This document shows, piece after piece, positions 10,650-21,686 of a stretch of DNA of 64,000 bases. Both the position numbers and the translations under genes were made by a program. Origin of the DNA: an uncultured Chromatiales bacterium (GTDB taxonomy: Bacteria > Pseudomonadota > Gammaproteobacteria > DATFLL01). Location of the stretch: assembly GCA_964561765.1 (NCBI GenBank), contig CAZLQI010000004.1:121585-185584 (forward strand), given 5' to 3'. The notes under the pieces were generated by a model that worked only from the letters and a program-made list of their open reading frames with translations, ran no database searches and was not told where the DNA came from. Each line of letters starts with the position of its first letter. The stretch's first letter is position 1.

Positions 10650-11993
10650 TTACAGGCCTGTGACGGCGGGTGGGTGGATGACTTCAAGTCCCAACCCCGC
10701 CACCGTCGCCTGGCGTGCAAAACCGGGAAACGAGGTGTCCACATTGGCGCAATCCATGATCCGCACCACCTCGCGGGCACGCAGTGCGGCCATAGCGAAG
10801 GCCATGGCAATACGATGATCACCGCGACTGTCTACCTGGGCGCCATCAAAGTGGTCGCGGCCCTGAATCACCATTCCATCCGCAGTCGGATGTGCCGCAA
10901 TCCCAAGGCCTTGCAAACCGTCGGCCATAACCTGGATCCGATCACTTTCCTTGACGCGTAATTCCCGTGCCCCGCTCAGCACGGTCTCGCCCTCGGCCAT
11001 CGCTGCAGCGACAAACAGAGCAGGGAATTCATCAATGGCGAGGGGTACCTGAGTTTCAGGAATGTGGATCCCGTGCAGCGGTGCGTAGCGCACCCGGATG
11101 TCGGCCACTGGCTCACCACCCACGACCCGCTCCTGCAAAAACACAATATCTGCACCCATGGCACGCAGAATGTTGATCACACCAATGCGCGTCGGATTGA
11201 TCCCGACATGCGTGAGCGTGACCTCCGATCCCTCGGAAATGGCTGCCCCCACCATAAAAAAAGTGGCGGAGGATATATCCGCAGGCACGTCAATCGGCAT
11301 GGCCCGCATGTGACCGCCACCCTCGACACAGATCCGCTTACCCTCGCGCTCAACACGGTAGCCAAAGCCTTGCAACATACGCTCGGTATGATCCCGTGTG
11401 GGCGCAGGCTCGCTCACGCAGGTCCGCCCCTGCGCATACAGACCGGCCAGCAACAGACAGGACTTCACCTGGGCACTGGCCACGGGCAACGGGTAATCGA
11501 CACCCCGCAATACCCGTCCACCCGCGATCCGCAACGGCGGGGTGTTCTGCTCCGCTGTCGTAATGCCAGCCCCCATCAAGCGCAGCGGCACGGCAACCCG
11601 ACCCATGGGGCGCCGCGACAGGGAGGCATCCCCCGTCAATTCGACATCGAAGGCCTGACCGGCCAGTACGCCCGATAACAGGCGGATCGATGTGCCGGAA
11701 TTTCCCAGATACAGCGGCACGCGTGGCGCCCGCAGACCCTGCAGACCAACACCGTGGATCACCACCCGCCCCTGCTCGGGACCCTCAATCGCGACCCCCA
11801 TGGCACGAAAGGCTTCCAGGGTGGCGAGATTGTCTTCGCCGTCAAGAAAACCGCACACCTCGGTCACGCCCTCGGCCAGGGCCCCCAGCATGATGGCGCG
11901 GTGTGAGATGGATTTATCTCCAGGCACCCGTAGAGTGCCGACGAGGCGGCCACCCGGCGTGCAATTGAATATCACTTGCCTGCGTTCACCCAT
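10650..11993 (-). CDS. aroA: EPSP synthase
   Basis: [36 protein letters not shown]. Confidence 0.98.
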   Translation of the reverse strand: MGERRQVIFNCTPGGRLVGTLRVPGDKSISHRAIMLGALAEGVTEVCGFLDGEDNLATLEAFRAMGVAIEGPEQGRVVIHGVGLQGLRAPRVPLYLGNSGTSIRLLSGVLAGQAFDVELTGDASLSRRPMGRVAVPLRLMGAGITTAEQNTPPLRIAGGRVLRGVDYPLPVASAQVKSCLLLAGLYAQGRTCVSEPAPTRDHTERMLQGFGYRVEREGKRICVEGGGHMRAMPIDVPADISSATFFMVGAAISEGSEVTLTHVGINPTRIGVINILRAMGADIVFLQERVVGGEPVADIRVRYAPLHGIHIPETQVPLAIDEFPALFVAAAMAEGETVLSGARELRVKESDRIQVMADGLQGLGIAAHPTADGMVIQGRDHFDGAQVDSRGDHRIAMAFAMAALRAREVVRIMDCANVDTSFPGFARQATVAGLGLEVIHPPAVTGL

Positions 11994-12007
11994 CTTGTCT
12001 GCACACC

Positions 12008-12955
12008 TTATTCCGGCGACTCACCGTGTCTGGGTTTGTTACGTGGGGATTCATTACACTGGGATTCGCCCTGCGAGTCGGTATCGCCACAAAAATTGTC
12101 GCGCGCCTGTTTAGCACGGGAAAAGCGCCGTCTCAGGTCCACGGCATCACCGTCACGGATCGCCTCCGCCAACCCCTTGAGTTCACCCTGGTAGCGTTCC
12201 AGCACGCGCAGCAGAGCCTCCCGGTTGGCCAGACAGATGTCTTGCCACATTTGCGGATCACTGGAGGCAATACGGGTAAAATCGCGGAAACCACCGGCCG
12301 CATAGGTAAATATCTCGGCACTGTCGTCCATGCGCGCCAGGGTATCGACTAGGGTATAGGCCAGCAAATGAGGCAGGTGGCTGGTCTCGGCCAGCACGGT
12401 GTCATGGTGCGACACCGCCATTTCGCTAACCGTCGCACCACAGGCCAACCACATGTCCCGCACTTGTGCGAGTGCCACCGGATCGGTCTCGCCGTCGATG
12501 GGCGTCAGAATGACCCGGCGGGTGTCGAACAAATCGGCAAACGAGGCGGCCACCCCGCTGCGCTCGGCCCCGGCAATCGGGTGACCGGGCACAAACCGGG
12601 CAGGCAAGGTGCCGAATACCTGACGTGCGGCTGCAACTACACTGCCCTTGGTACTGCCCACATCGGTGACAATAGTGTGCGCGCCCAGCGCCGGTGCAAT
12701 ACGCGCCAACACATCGTGCATCGCCCCTACCGGTACGGCCAGCACTACGAGATCGGCCCCTTGCACACCCTTCGCAGGATCAAGGCAACTCCGATCGATC
12801 ACCCCCAATGCCAGCGCCTGTTTCAGATTCGCGGCATCACGCCCGACACCGACCACCTCGTCGACGATACCGGCGCGGTGCAGTGCGCGGGCCAGGGAAC
12901 CACCGATCAGCCCGACGCCGATAATGCACACGCGACCCATCATGGGCGGGCTCAA
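12008..12955 (-). CDS. tyrA: Prephenate/arogenate dehydrogenase
   Basis: GVGLIGGS, TDVGSTK, GHPIAG, SHLPH, GFRDFTRIASS. Confidence 0.95.
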   Translation of the reverse strand: MSPPMMGRVCIIGVGLIGGSLARALHRAGIVDEVVGVGRDAANLKQALALGVIDRSCLDPAKGVQGADLVVLAVPVGAMHDVLARIAPALGAHTIVTDVGSTKGSVVAAARQVFGTLPARFVPGHPIAGAERSGVAASFADLFDTRRVILTPIDGETDPVALAQVRDMWLACGATVSEMAVSHHDTVLAETSHLPHLLAYTLVDTLARMDDSAEIFTYAAGGFRDFTRIASSDPQMWQDICLANREALLRVLERYQGELKGLAEAIRDGDAVDLRRRFSRAKQARDNFCGDTDSQGESQCNESPRNKPRHGESPE

Positions 12956-13968
12956 AGATCGCGACCGATCACCTGGGCGATACCACGCAGCTCGCCCATG
13001 AGAGTTTTCAGTTCCTGCGGACTGATGGCCTGATCGGCATCACACCAGGCCTCGCAGGGAGTGGGATGACTCTCGACCAGCAGGCCATCGGCACCGACGG
13101 CGATCGCCGCCCGCGACAGGGCTGGCACCAACCAGGCCTTGCCACCGGCATGGCTGGGGTCAATGATGACCGGCAGATGCGTCTCGCGCTTGAGCACGGG
13201 AATGGCGGTCACATCCAGCATGTTGCGATAGGCGTTCTCGAAACCGCGCACACCGCGCTCGCAGAAAATAATGTTGTGGTTTCCCCCCGCAGCGATGTAC
13301 TCGGCGGACATCAGCCATTCCTTGACGGTCGCCGACAGACCGCGTTTGAGGATGACCGGCTTGTGTACCCGACCGACCTCCTTGAGCAAGTCGAAGTTTT
13401 GCATATTGCGTGTGCCGATCTGAATGACATCGACATCGTGTTCCATAAAGGTGTCGAGCATGCGCACATCCATCAGCTCGGTCACGATCGGCAGCTTATA
13501 GCGCTCGGCCGCCCGGCGGAACATCGACAACCCTTCGATGCCCACACCCTGAAAGGAGTATGGACTGGTGCGCGGCTTGAAGACCCCACCCCGCATCAGA
13601 TGACAACCGGCCTCGAACACGCCCTGGGCAGCGGCATCCATCTGGGTCTGGGTCTCTACCGAGCATGGGCCACTGATAACCTGCACCTGCTTGCCACCCA
13701 GTTTGACGCCACGGATATCGACGACGGTATTTTCATCATGATAGGAACGGGCGACGATCTTGTAGGGTTTCATGACACGAATGACGTTTTCCACCCCATC
13801 GAGCGCCTGGATAGACTCCTTTTCGACCTTACTCTCATCACCGATGGCACCAATGACGGTACGCTCAACCCCCCGTGAGACATGAGGATCGACCCCCATA
13901 CCTTGCAGCCTTTGCTCCACTGTCTGGATCTGTTCCTCAGTGGCCTGTTGTCGCATGATGATGATCAT
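12952..13968 (-). CDS. aroF: DAHP synthase, class I-beta with N-terminal regulatory domain
   Basis: GPCSVE, FKPRTSPYSFQG, IGTRNMQN, CERG, DPSH. Confidence 0.95.
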   Translation of the reverse strand: MIIIMRQQATEEQIQTVEQRLQGMGVDPHVSRGVERTVIGAIGDESKVEKESIQALDGVENVIRVMKPYKIVARSYHDENTVVDIRGVKLGGKQVQVISGPCSVETQTQMDAAAQGVFEAGCHLMRGGVFKPRTSPYSFQGVGIEGLSMFRRAAERYKLPIVTELMDVRMLDTFMEHDVDVIQIGTRNMQNFDLLKEVGRVHKPVILKRGLSATVKEWLMSAEYIAAGGNHNIIFCERGVRGFENAYRNMLDVTAIPVLKRETHLPVIIDPSHAGGKAWLVPALSRAAIAVGADGLLVESHPTPCEAWCDADQAISPQELKTLMGELRGIAQVIGRDL

Positions 13969-13990
13969 TGATGCTGTGTCCGTATCCTGT

Positions 13991-15157
13991 TCAGTTGAAA
14001 GTCACGGTAATGCTGCCGGTATTGCCGGCAGCAGGTGTCTCGGCCAGCGCCCCACGCAGGGCAGTAATAAAACGTGCGTTCTCGGCCTGTGTCCCGACCG
14101 TGACGCGCAGATGGCGGGGCATCGCATAATTGGCCACCGGGCGCACGATAACGCCCCGGCGCAGCAGCCCCTCATAGACCTCGGCAGCGTACGCGCCGAC
14201 ATCGACACAGATGAAATTACCCACCGAAGGGATATAGGCGAGTCCGTCAGCAACAAAGGCTGCGATGAGTTGCTGCATGCCCTTGGCATTGTCCGTCAGA
14301 CTCCGCACCAGGTGTGCGGCATCATCCAGTGCGGCCAGGGCCGCCATCTGGGCCAAACTGTTGACATTGAAGGGCTGGCGTACCCGGTTGAGATAGTCGG
14401 CGACATCCGCCCGGGAGAGGCTGTAACCGATGCGCAAACCCGCCAGGCCATAGGCCTTGGAAAAGGTCCGGGTCACAACCAGGTTCGGATAATACGCCAC
14501 CCAGGCCGAGGCGTCCGGGTAATGCGTCGCGCCTAGCCGAGCATCGCTGGCATATTCGAAATACGCCTCATCGACCACCACCAGCACATGGTCCGGCGCA
14601 TCAGCGATAAAGGCCTCCAGCTCAGCCGTCTCCAGCCAGGTCCCGGTGGGATTGTTGGGATTGGCAATGAACACCAGGCGGGTACGCGACGTTATTGCCG
14701 CCCGCATTGCCGCTAGGTCGTGCCCCCAATCCTTTGCGGGGGTTAGTACTGAACGTGCGCCAACCGCCTGAGTGACGAGGGGATAGACCGCAAAGGCATG
14801 CTGCGAGAACACGACCTCGTTGTCCGGGGTCACAAAGGCCCGGGCCAGCAGTTCGAGGATGTCATTGGAGCCATTGCCAAGCGTAATCTGTGCCGAAGTA
14901 ACGTCATGGCGCTTAGCCAGCGTCGCCTTCAGAGCAAACCCGTTGCCATCCGGATAGCGCGCCAACGCATCCAGCCCCGCCCGCAGGGCATCAAGCACCG
15001 CAGGGCCTGGGCCCAGTGGATTCTCATTGGAGGCCAGTTTGACGGCATCCCGAACGCCGTATTCACGCGCCAGGTCACCCAGCGGTTTGCCCGGCGAATA
15101 AGGCGTGAGCGCACGTACGCCGGGCGCGGCCAGTGTGTTTAAACGATTGTCAGCCAT
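13991..15157 (-). CDS. hisC: Histidinol-phosphate transaminase
   Basis: KLASNENPLG, NPNNPTG, DEAY, RTFSKAYGLAGLRIG. Confidence 0.96.
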   Translation of the reverse strand: MADNRLNTLAAPGVRALTPYSPGKPLGDLAREYGVRDAVKLASNENPLGPGPAVLDALRAGLDALARYPDGNGFALKATLAKRHDVTSAQITLGNGSNDILELLARAFVTPDNEVVFSQHAFAVYPLVTQAVGARSVLTPAKDWGHDLAAMRAAITSRTRLVFIANPNNPTGTWLETAELEAFIADAPDHVLVVVDEAYFEYASDARLGATHYPDASAWVAYYPNLVVTRTFSKAYGLAGLRIGYSLSRADVADYLNRVRQPFNVNSLAQMAALAALDDAAHLVRSLTDNAKGMQQLIAAFVADGLAYIPSVGNFICVDVGAYAAEVYEGLLRRGVIVRPVANYAMPRHLRVTVGTQAENARFITALRGALAETPAAGNTGSITVTFN

Positions 15158-15290
15158 GGTGGTCCAGCGAACGAGCGCGTCAACGCCCCGCTAATAGCGA
15201 TGCCTGAGTCGGTACAAAAGTGGGCTATTTTCCCATAGCCTCTAACTGATGCACAGACTTTTCTGGACAACGAGCCCGCATTGTCAGCCT

Positions 15291-16370
15291 TCACAACACC
15301 GCCTTGGGGTAGGAGCCCAGCACCTTGAACAAGGTAGCTTGCTCCCGGACTTCGTCCAGGGCCTGGGCGAGTTCCAGGTCTGTCCTGTGCCCATCCACAT
15401 CGACAAAATAGACATATTCCCAGGCCTCGCGCCGCGAGGGGCGTGACTCCAGGCGGGTCATGGACAACCCATGGCGGGAAAAGGGCTCGATCAGGCGTAG
15501 CAGTGAACCGGAGCGGTTCGGGGCAGAGACCACCAGTGAGGTCTTGTCCTGACCGCTGGGGGGGACAGCGCGTTGGCCAATAATGAGAAACCGGGTGGTG
15601 TTGTTGGGCTCGTCTTCGATATTGTTGGCCAACATTGACAAACCATAGATCGACGCTGCCGCCTCACCCGCGATGGCCGCAGCACCCACCTCACCTGCCG
15701 CACGCCGTGCGGCCTCGGCATTGCTGCTCACATCAATCAATTCCATTCCGGCAAGATTGGCGCTCAACCACTCGCGACACTGAGCCAGAGACTGGCGGTG
15801 GGAATAGATGCGCCGCACTTCATCCAGCACCTTCATTTTACTCAGCACATGATGATGAATGCGCAACGCCACTTCACCGCAGATATTGAGTGGTGAGGTG
15901 ATAAGGCGATCCAAGGTATGGCTGATGACGCCCTCGGTGGAATTCTCCACCGGCACGACCCCATGATGCGCGGCACCCGATTCGACATCGCGGAAGATCT
16001 CATCGATCGCCATCAACGGGTGCATCAGGACCGATTGTCCAAAATGCTTGAGCGCCGCCTCCTGAGTAAAGGTACCCTCGGGTCCCAGAAACGCGATAGT
16101 CATCGGTGACTCCAGGGCCAGGCAGGCGGATATGATCTCGCGAAACAGGCGTGCTATTTCCTCATCACACAGGGGACCGGTATTGCGCGCCATGACCCGG
16201 CGCAAGACCTCGGCCTCGCGCTCAGGCCGATAGAAGACCGGCTCGACCTCATCCCTGAGTTTGGTCTCGGCGACCACCTGCGCACACCGCGCCCGTTCGC
16301 TGATCAGGGCCTGGAGTTGCTCATCGAGTGCATCGATACGCGCACGCAGGGTCTTGAGAGTGTCGTTCAT
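15291..16370 (-). CDS. pheA: Chorismate mutase/prephenate dehydratase (P-protein)
   Basis: N-terminal CM domain, FLGPEGTF, VPVENSTEG, NTTRF, ACT domain with ESRPS. Confidence 0.97.
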   Translation of the reverse strand: MNDTLKTLRARIDALDEQLQALISERARCAQVVAETKLRDEVEPVFYRPEREAEVLRRVMARNTGPLCDEEIARLFREIISACLALESPMTIAFLGPEGTFTQEAALKHFGQSVLMHPLMAIDEIFRDVESGAAHHGVVPVENSTEGVISHTLDRLITSPLNICGEVALRIHHHVLSKMKVLDEVRRIYSHRQSLAQCREWLSANLAGMELIDVSSNAEAARRAAGEVGAAAIAGEAAASIYGLSMLANNIEDEPNNTTRFLIIGQRAVPPSGQDKTSLVVSAPNRSGSLLRLIEPFSRHGLSMTRLESRPSRREAWEYVYFVDVDGHRTDLELAQALDEVREQATLFKVLGSYPKAVL

Positions 16371-16403
16371 GTGTTTGTCAGTCTGGTCTTCCCGTTGCTT
16401 ATT

Positions 16404-17606
16404 CTACTCGGCGCTATCACCACCGTGGTTCCCGGACGCGGGGATGGCACGCACGGCCAGCACGCCCTCGATTGCGGCAATCTCCTGGATGACACTCTCG
16501 TTCACGGCCTGATCCACGTCGGCCAGGGTATAAGCCAGGTCCCCGCGTGAGCGATTGAGCAAATCGACGATGTTGAGCCCTGCATGGGCCATGGCACTGG
16601 AAAACTGACCCACCATGTTCGGCACATTGCTGTTGACGATGCCGATGCGATGGCCATGATTGCTGCGTGGCATAAGCACCTCGGGAAAATTGACCGCATT
16701 GCGCACGTTGCCGTTTTCCAGGTAATCACGCACCTGTTCGGCGACCATGATGGCGCAGTTCTCCTCCGCCTCACGCGTGGAGGCACCAAGGTGGGGGAGC
16801 GTGATCACCCGGGGATGGTTCTTCAGCAGGTTGCTGGGAAAATCACAGATATAAGCATTGATCTTGCCGGCCTGGATGGCGACAGCCACCGCCTCATCCT
16901 CGACGATGCCGTCACGCGCGAAGTTGAGGATCGTCACGCCGTCTTTCATGCTCTTTATGCGATCGGCATTGATCATGTGCCGGGTCTCATCAAGCAAGGG
17001 GACATGGAAAGTCACAAAATCGACCTCGGCCAGCAAGGCATCCACACTGGAGGCCTTGCGCACCTCCGCGGACAATTGCCAGGCACCCTCGACGGTGATA
17101 CCAGGATCATAGCCGATCACCTTCATGCCCAGCGTCAGTGCGACATTGGCCACCTGCCGACCGATGGCCCCGAGTCCAACCACACCCAGGGTGCGCCCCG
17201 GCAATTCAAACCCGGCAAACTGCTTCTTGCCCGCCTCCACCTGTTTGTGGATCGTCTCGTCAACCCCCTCCAGGGTACGGGCATAATCCCAGGCCTGGCA
17301 AATATTGCGACAGGCCAGCAACATACCGGCCACGACCAGTTCCTTGACGGCATTGGCGTTGGCCCCCGGGGCATTGAACACGGCGATACCGCGTGCACTC
17401 ATCGCCTCGACGGGGATATTGTTGACCCCGGCGCCAGCGCGCCCCACTGCCTTCAGGGACGGTGCAATGGCCATATCGTGCATCTTGAATGAACGCAACA
17501 AAATAGCATCCGGCCGCTGGAACTCCGAGGCCACCTCATAGCACTCACGCGGCAGGCGCTCGATACCGGCCGGGGAGATATTGTTTAACGTCAGAATCTT
17601 GTACAT
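16404..17606 (-). CDS. serA: D-3-phosphoglycerate dehydrogenase
   Basis: MYKILTLNNIS, RAGAGVNNI, GLGAIG, PHLGAST, C-terminal ACT domain. Confidence 0.93.
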   Translation of the reverse strand: MYKILTLNNISPAGIERLPRECYEVASEFQRPDAILLRSFKMHDMAIAPSLKAVGRAGAGVNNIPVEAMSARGIAVFNAPGANANAVKELVVAGMLLACRNICQAWDYARTLEGVDETIHKQVEAGKKQFAGFELPGRTLGVVGLGAIGRQVANVALTLGMKVIGYDPGITVEGAWQLSAEVRKASSVDALLAEVDFVTFHVPLLDETRHMINADRIKSMKDGVTILNFARDGIVEDEAVAVAIQAGKINAYICDFPSNLLKNHPRVITLPHLGASTREAEENCAIMVAEQVRDYLENGNVRNAVNFPEVLMPRSNHGHRIGIVNSNVPNMVGQFSSAMAHAGLNIVDLLNRSRGDLAYTLADVDQAVNESVIQEIAAIEGVLAVRAIPASGNHGGDSAE

Positions 17607-17701
17607 TAGCGCTCCTACCTTTCTATACCTGTCAACACGATCACATCGGTCCCTTGGAAACCCGCCCGGACCCGCAAAACGCCGGTCCCTGCCGGCCACG
17701 A

Positions 17702-18787
17702 TTAACCGTGGCGCTGCTCGAAATCGGCCATGAAGGCGATGAGTGCATCCACACCCGACTCGGGCATGGCGTTGTAGATACTGGCACGCATGCCCCCCAC
17801 CGAACGGTGTCCCTTGAGCGTGAGCAGGCCGGCCTGTTTTGCCTCGGCAAGAAACTCACCGTCCAGATTCGTATTGGCCAGAATGAAGGGCACATTCATC
17901 CAGGAACGCGAGGAGGTCGGCTCGACCGGGTTACGGTAAAACGCCGAGGCATCGATGGCGCCATAGAGCTTCTCGGCCTTGCGCCGGTTGATCGCACCGA
18001 TGCCAGCCAGTCCACCCTGTTGCTTGAGCCAGTCGAACACCAACCCGGCCATGTACCAGGCATAGGTTGGCGGGGTGTTGTACATCGAACCACTGTCGGC
18101 GTGAATCTGGTAGTCGAACATGCTCGGCATGCCTGCCAAGGGCTGGCCGATCAGATCTTCGCGTACGATGACTACGGTCAATCCCGCCGGGCCGATATTT
18201 TTCTGCGCACCAGCATAAATCAACCCAAAACGGCTCACCTCGATCGGTCGGGAAAGGATGGTCGAGGACAGATCCGCCACCAGGGGCACCTCACCTGTAT
18301 CCGGGATATAGGCAAACTCCACACCACCGATAGTTTCATTGGGCGTGTAGTGGACATAGGCCGCCGCAGGATCGAGTTGTAGTTCATCCTGCGCCGGCGC
18401 CCGCGAAAAACCCTCAGACTCGGTGCTGGCCACGAGGTTGACTTCGCAAAAACGCTGGGCCTGCGCAATGGCCTTTTTCGACCAGCTACCGGTATTGATG
18501 TAGTCCGCGCGCTGTTTTCCTCGCAGCAAATTGATGGGTGCCATGGCAAACTGACTCGACGCCCCACCCTGGAGAAACAACACTTTGTAGTTATCCGGGA
18601 TCACCATCAACGTGCGCAGATTGTGCTCGGCCTGTTCAGCGATGGACATGAACTCCTTGCCGCGATGACTCATCTCCATCACCGACATGCCGCAACCGTG
18701 CCAGTCGAGCATCTCCTCTCGGGCCCGCTCAATGACAGATTCGGGGAACGCGGCAGGACCGGCACTGAAATTGTACGCACGTGACAT
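17702..18787 (-). CDS. serC: Phosphoserine aminotransferase
   Basis: YNFSAGPA, EMSHRG, GAQKNIG, GHRSVGGMRASIYNA. Confidence 0.98.
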   Translation of the reverse strand: MSRAYNFSAGPAAFPESVIERAREEMLDWHGCGMSVMEMSHRGKEFMSIAEQAEHNLRTLMVIPDNYKVLFLQGGASSQFAMAPINLLRGKQRADYINTGSWSKKAIAQAQRFCEVNLVASTESEGFSRAPAQDELQLDPAAAYVHYTPNETIGGVEFAYIPDTGEVPLVADLSSTILSRPIEVSRFGLIYAGAQKNIGPAGLTVVIVREDLIGQPLAGMPSMFDYQIHADSGSMYNTPPTYAWYMAGLVFDWLKQQGGLAGIGAINRRKAEKLYGAIDASAFYRNPVEPTSSRSWMNVPFILANTNLDGEFLAEAKQAGLLTLKGHRSVGGMRASIYNAMPESGVDALIAFMADFEQRHG

Positions 18788-18872
18788 CGTCTCTCTCTCC
18801 TCAACAAGGATAAGGATACGGCAGGTGGTGACACTGCCGCGGTGGTTATACGATAGTGGTATTCACTAGCGC

Positions 18873-21482
18873 TTAATCCGCGCTGGTCTCGTCCGGGTCC
18901 GTATCGCGCTGCGCATCGGCGTCCGTCCCGACCGCGCCTTCGATGCCCGGCTCATCGTCCTGCAAACTTTCGATACGCTCCAGGCCAGCGAGCTTCTCGC
19001 CTTCACCGAGGCTGATCAAACGCACCCCCTGGGTATTGCGCCCCATCACCGACACTTCCTCAACCCGAGTCCGCACCAGGGTACCGGCATTGGTGATGAG
19101 CATGATTTCATCCTCGTCACCCACCAGCACTGCGCCGGTGACACAGCCATTGCGCTCGGTGGCCTGAATCGAGATCACACCCTGGCCACCGCGCCCGTGG
19201 ACCGGATACTCGTCCACCCGGGTCCGCTTGCCATAGCCATTCTCGGTGGCCGTCAACACACACCCCTCATCGGCAATGATGAGCGCAATGACCCGCTGGT
19301 CCTTGGCGAGTCTGATGCCTCGAACACCACAGGCCGTGCGTCCCATGGGCCGAACCGCAGACTCGTTAAAGCGTACGGCCTTGCCCTCACTGGTGAACAA
19401 CATGACATCGCGACTCCCATCGGTAAGCGCAGCCCCAATGAGTTGGTCATCCTCACGCAAGTCCACCGCAATGATGCCCGAGGTGCGCGGGCGCGAGAAA
19501 TCGAGTAATGGGGTCTTTTTCACCGTGCCACTCGCGGTCGCGAAGAACAAAAATAACCCCTGCGTATACTCCCGAATGGGTAGAATCGCATTGATACGTT
19601 CGCCCTCTTGCAGCGGCAGCAGATTGACAATAGGCCGACCACGCGCATTGCGTCCAGCCTGCGGCAACTCATAGACTTTCTTCCAATACACCCGCCCCCG
19701 ACTGGAAAAACACAGGATGGTGTCATGGGTGCTGGCAACGAACAGTTTGTCGACGAAGTCCTCTTCCTTGACTGAAGTGGCCGACTTGCCGCGCCCACCA
19801 CGGTGCTGCGCGGCATAGGTGCAAAGCGGTTGGGACTTGGCATAGCCTTCATGTGACAAGGTGACGACCACATCCTGCTCGCTGATCAAGTCTTCCAGAG
19901 AGAGGTCCTCATGCGAGAGCAGAAGCTCGGTACGTCGCTCATCGCCATAACGGTCGCGGATATCGATCAGCTCATCGCGGATCACTTGCATCAGACGATC
20001 ACCGCTGCCGAGAATGCGCAACAACGCATCTATCGCATCCAGGCGTTCCTTGTACTCATTGAGTATCTTGTCCTGCTCCAGCCCGGTGAGGCGATGCAGG
20101 CGCATCTCCAGAATGGCCTGAGCCTGGGCATCGGAGAGGTGATAGTACCCGGCAATCAGACCAAACTCGGCGGCCAAGTACTCAGGGCGTGAGGCCTCGG
20201 CACCGGCACGTTCCAACATCTGCACGACCACACCGGGCTCCCAGCCGGTCACCATCAAGCGTTCCTTGGCCTCGGCGGGACTGGCGGCCGCCTTGATGAG
20301 TGCAATGATCGGGTCGATGTTGACCAGTGCCACGGCCAGACCTTCCAGGAGATGGGCACGGTCACGCGCCTTGCGCAGCTCATAAAGAGTACGGCGGGTG
20401 ACAATCTCGCGCCGATGGCGCACGAAGGCTTCGATGATCTGTTTGAGATTGAGTAGACGCGGCTGGCCATCGACCAGGGCGACCATATTAATGCCGAAGA
20501 CATTCTGCAACTGGGTGTGCTGATACAGATTGTTCAACACCACCTCGGCTATCTCGCCGCGACGCAGTTCGATGACCATGCGCATACCGTCCTTGTCGGA
20601 CTCGTCGCGCAGCTCACTGATGCCTTCGAGTTTCTTTTCCTTGACCAGATCGGCAATCTTTTCGAGCAAACGGGCCTTATTGACCTGATAGGGCAGTTCA
20701 GTCACCACGATGCGCTGGCGACCGTTGCTCTCCTCTTCGACCTCGGTACGACCACGCACATAAATACGCCCACGCCCGGTCAGGTAGGCCTCGACGATGC
20801 CCCGTGAGCCGTTAATGATACCGGCAGTGGGAAAATCCGGACCCGGAATATGATTCATCAGGGCCTGGATATCGATGGCCGGGTTTTCAATCAGTGCCAG
20901 ACAAGCATTGACGACTTCGGTCAGATTATGCGGTGGGATATTGGTCGCCATACCCACGGCAATGCCCGCCGAACCGTTGACCAGCAGATTGGGGCTCCGT
21001 GTCGGCAGGACCTCGGGTTCCTGCTCCGATTCATCGTAGTTGGGGGCAAAATCGACCGTGTCCTTGTCAATATCAATCAGCAATTCATGGGCAATACGCG
21101 ACATGCGCACTTCGGTGTAACGCATGGCGGCCGGTGAATCGCCATCGACCGAGCCAAAGTTGCCCTGGCCATCGACCAGCATGTAGCGCATGGAAAATGT
21201 CTGCGCCATACGTACGATGGTGTCATAAACGGCGGCATCGCCATGGGGATGATATTTACCGATGACATCACCGACGACACGGGCCGACTTCTTATAGGCC
21301 TTGTTCCAATCGTTGCCCAGTTCCTGCATGGCAAACAGGACCCGCCGATGTACCGGCTTAAGACCGTCACGCACATCGGGCAGGGCGCGCCCGACAATCA
21401 CGCTCATGGCATAGTCCAGGTAGGACCGTTTCATTTCCTCCTCGATATTGACCGGGAGGACTTCCTTTGCGAATTCAACCAT
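18873..21482 (-). CDS. gyrA: DNA gyrase subunit A
   Basis: [28 protein letters not shown], GyrA-box QHRGGRG. Confidence 0.99.
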   Translation of the reverse strand: MVEFAKEVLPVNIEEEMKRSYLDYAMSVIVGRALPDVRDGLKPVHRRVLFAMQELGNDWNKAYKKSARVVGDVIGKYHPHGDAAVYDTIVRMAQTFSMRYMLVDGQGNFGSVDGDSPAAMRYTEVRMSRIAHELLIDIDKDTVDFAPNYDESEQEPEVLPTRSPNLLVNGSAGIAVGMATNIPPHNLTEVVNACLALIENPAIDIQALMNHIPGPDFPTAGIINGSRGIVEAYLTGRGRIYVRGRTEVEEESNGRQRIVVTELPYQVNKARLLEKIADLVKEKKLEGISELRDESDKDGMRMVIELRRGEIAEVVLNNLYQHTQLQNVFGINMVALVDGQPRLLNLKQIIEAFVRHRREIVTRRTLYELRKARDRAHLLEGLAVALVNIDPIIALIKAAASPAEAKERLMVTGWEPGVVVQMLERAGAEASRPEYLAAEFGLIAGYYHLSDAQAQAILEMRLHRLTGLEQDKILNEYKERLDAIDALLRILGSGDRLMQVIRDELIDIRDRYGDERRTELLLSHEDLSLEDLISEQDVVVTLSHEGYAKSQPLCTYAAQHRGGRGKSATSVKEEDFVDKLFVASTHDTILCFSSRGRVYWKKVYELPQAGRNARGRPIVNLLPLQEGERINAILPIREYTQGLFLFFATASGTVKKTPLLDFSRPRTSGIIAVDLREDDQLIGAALTDGSRDVMLFTSEGKAVRFNESAVRPMGRTACGVRGIRLAKDQRVIALIIADEGCVLTATENGYGKRTRVDEYPVHGRGGQGVISIQATERNGCVTGAVLVGDEDEIMLITNAGTLVRTRVEEVSVMGRNTQGVRLISLGEGEKLAGLERIESLQDDEPGIEGAVGTDADAQRDTDPDETSAD

Positions 21483-21686
21483 ACTCGAAGACCAGCTTTC
21501 CTCTCAAAGTGGAAGGCGCTGCACAGGCACATGCCCCAACAACCCGCGTTCCGCCCGCAAGTACACAGCGGTGTGGTACGGGCTGTTTAAACGCCTAGTT
21601 TACCACACTCACCCTCCCTACTGCATCTGGAGGAACGCGGCTCAGAGACGCTTTACGAAGCGCTGAAGAAAAATAAAGGTGAAAAT

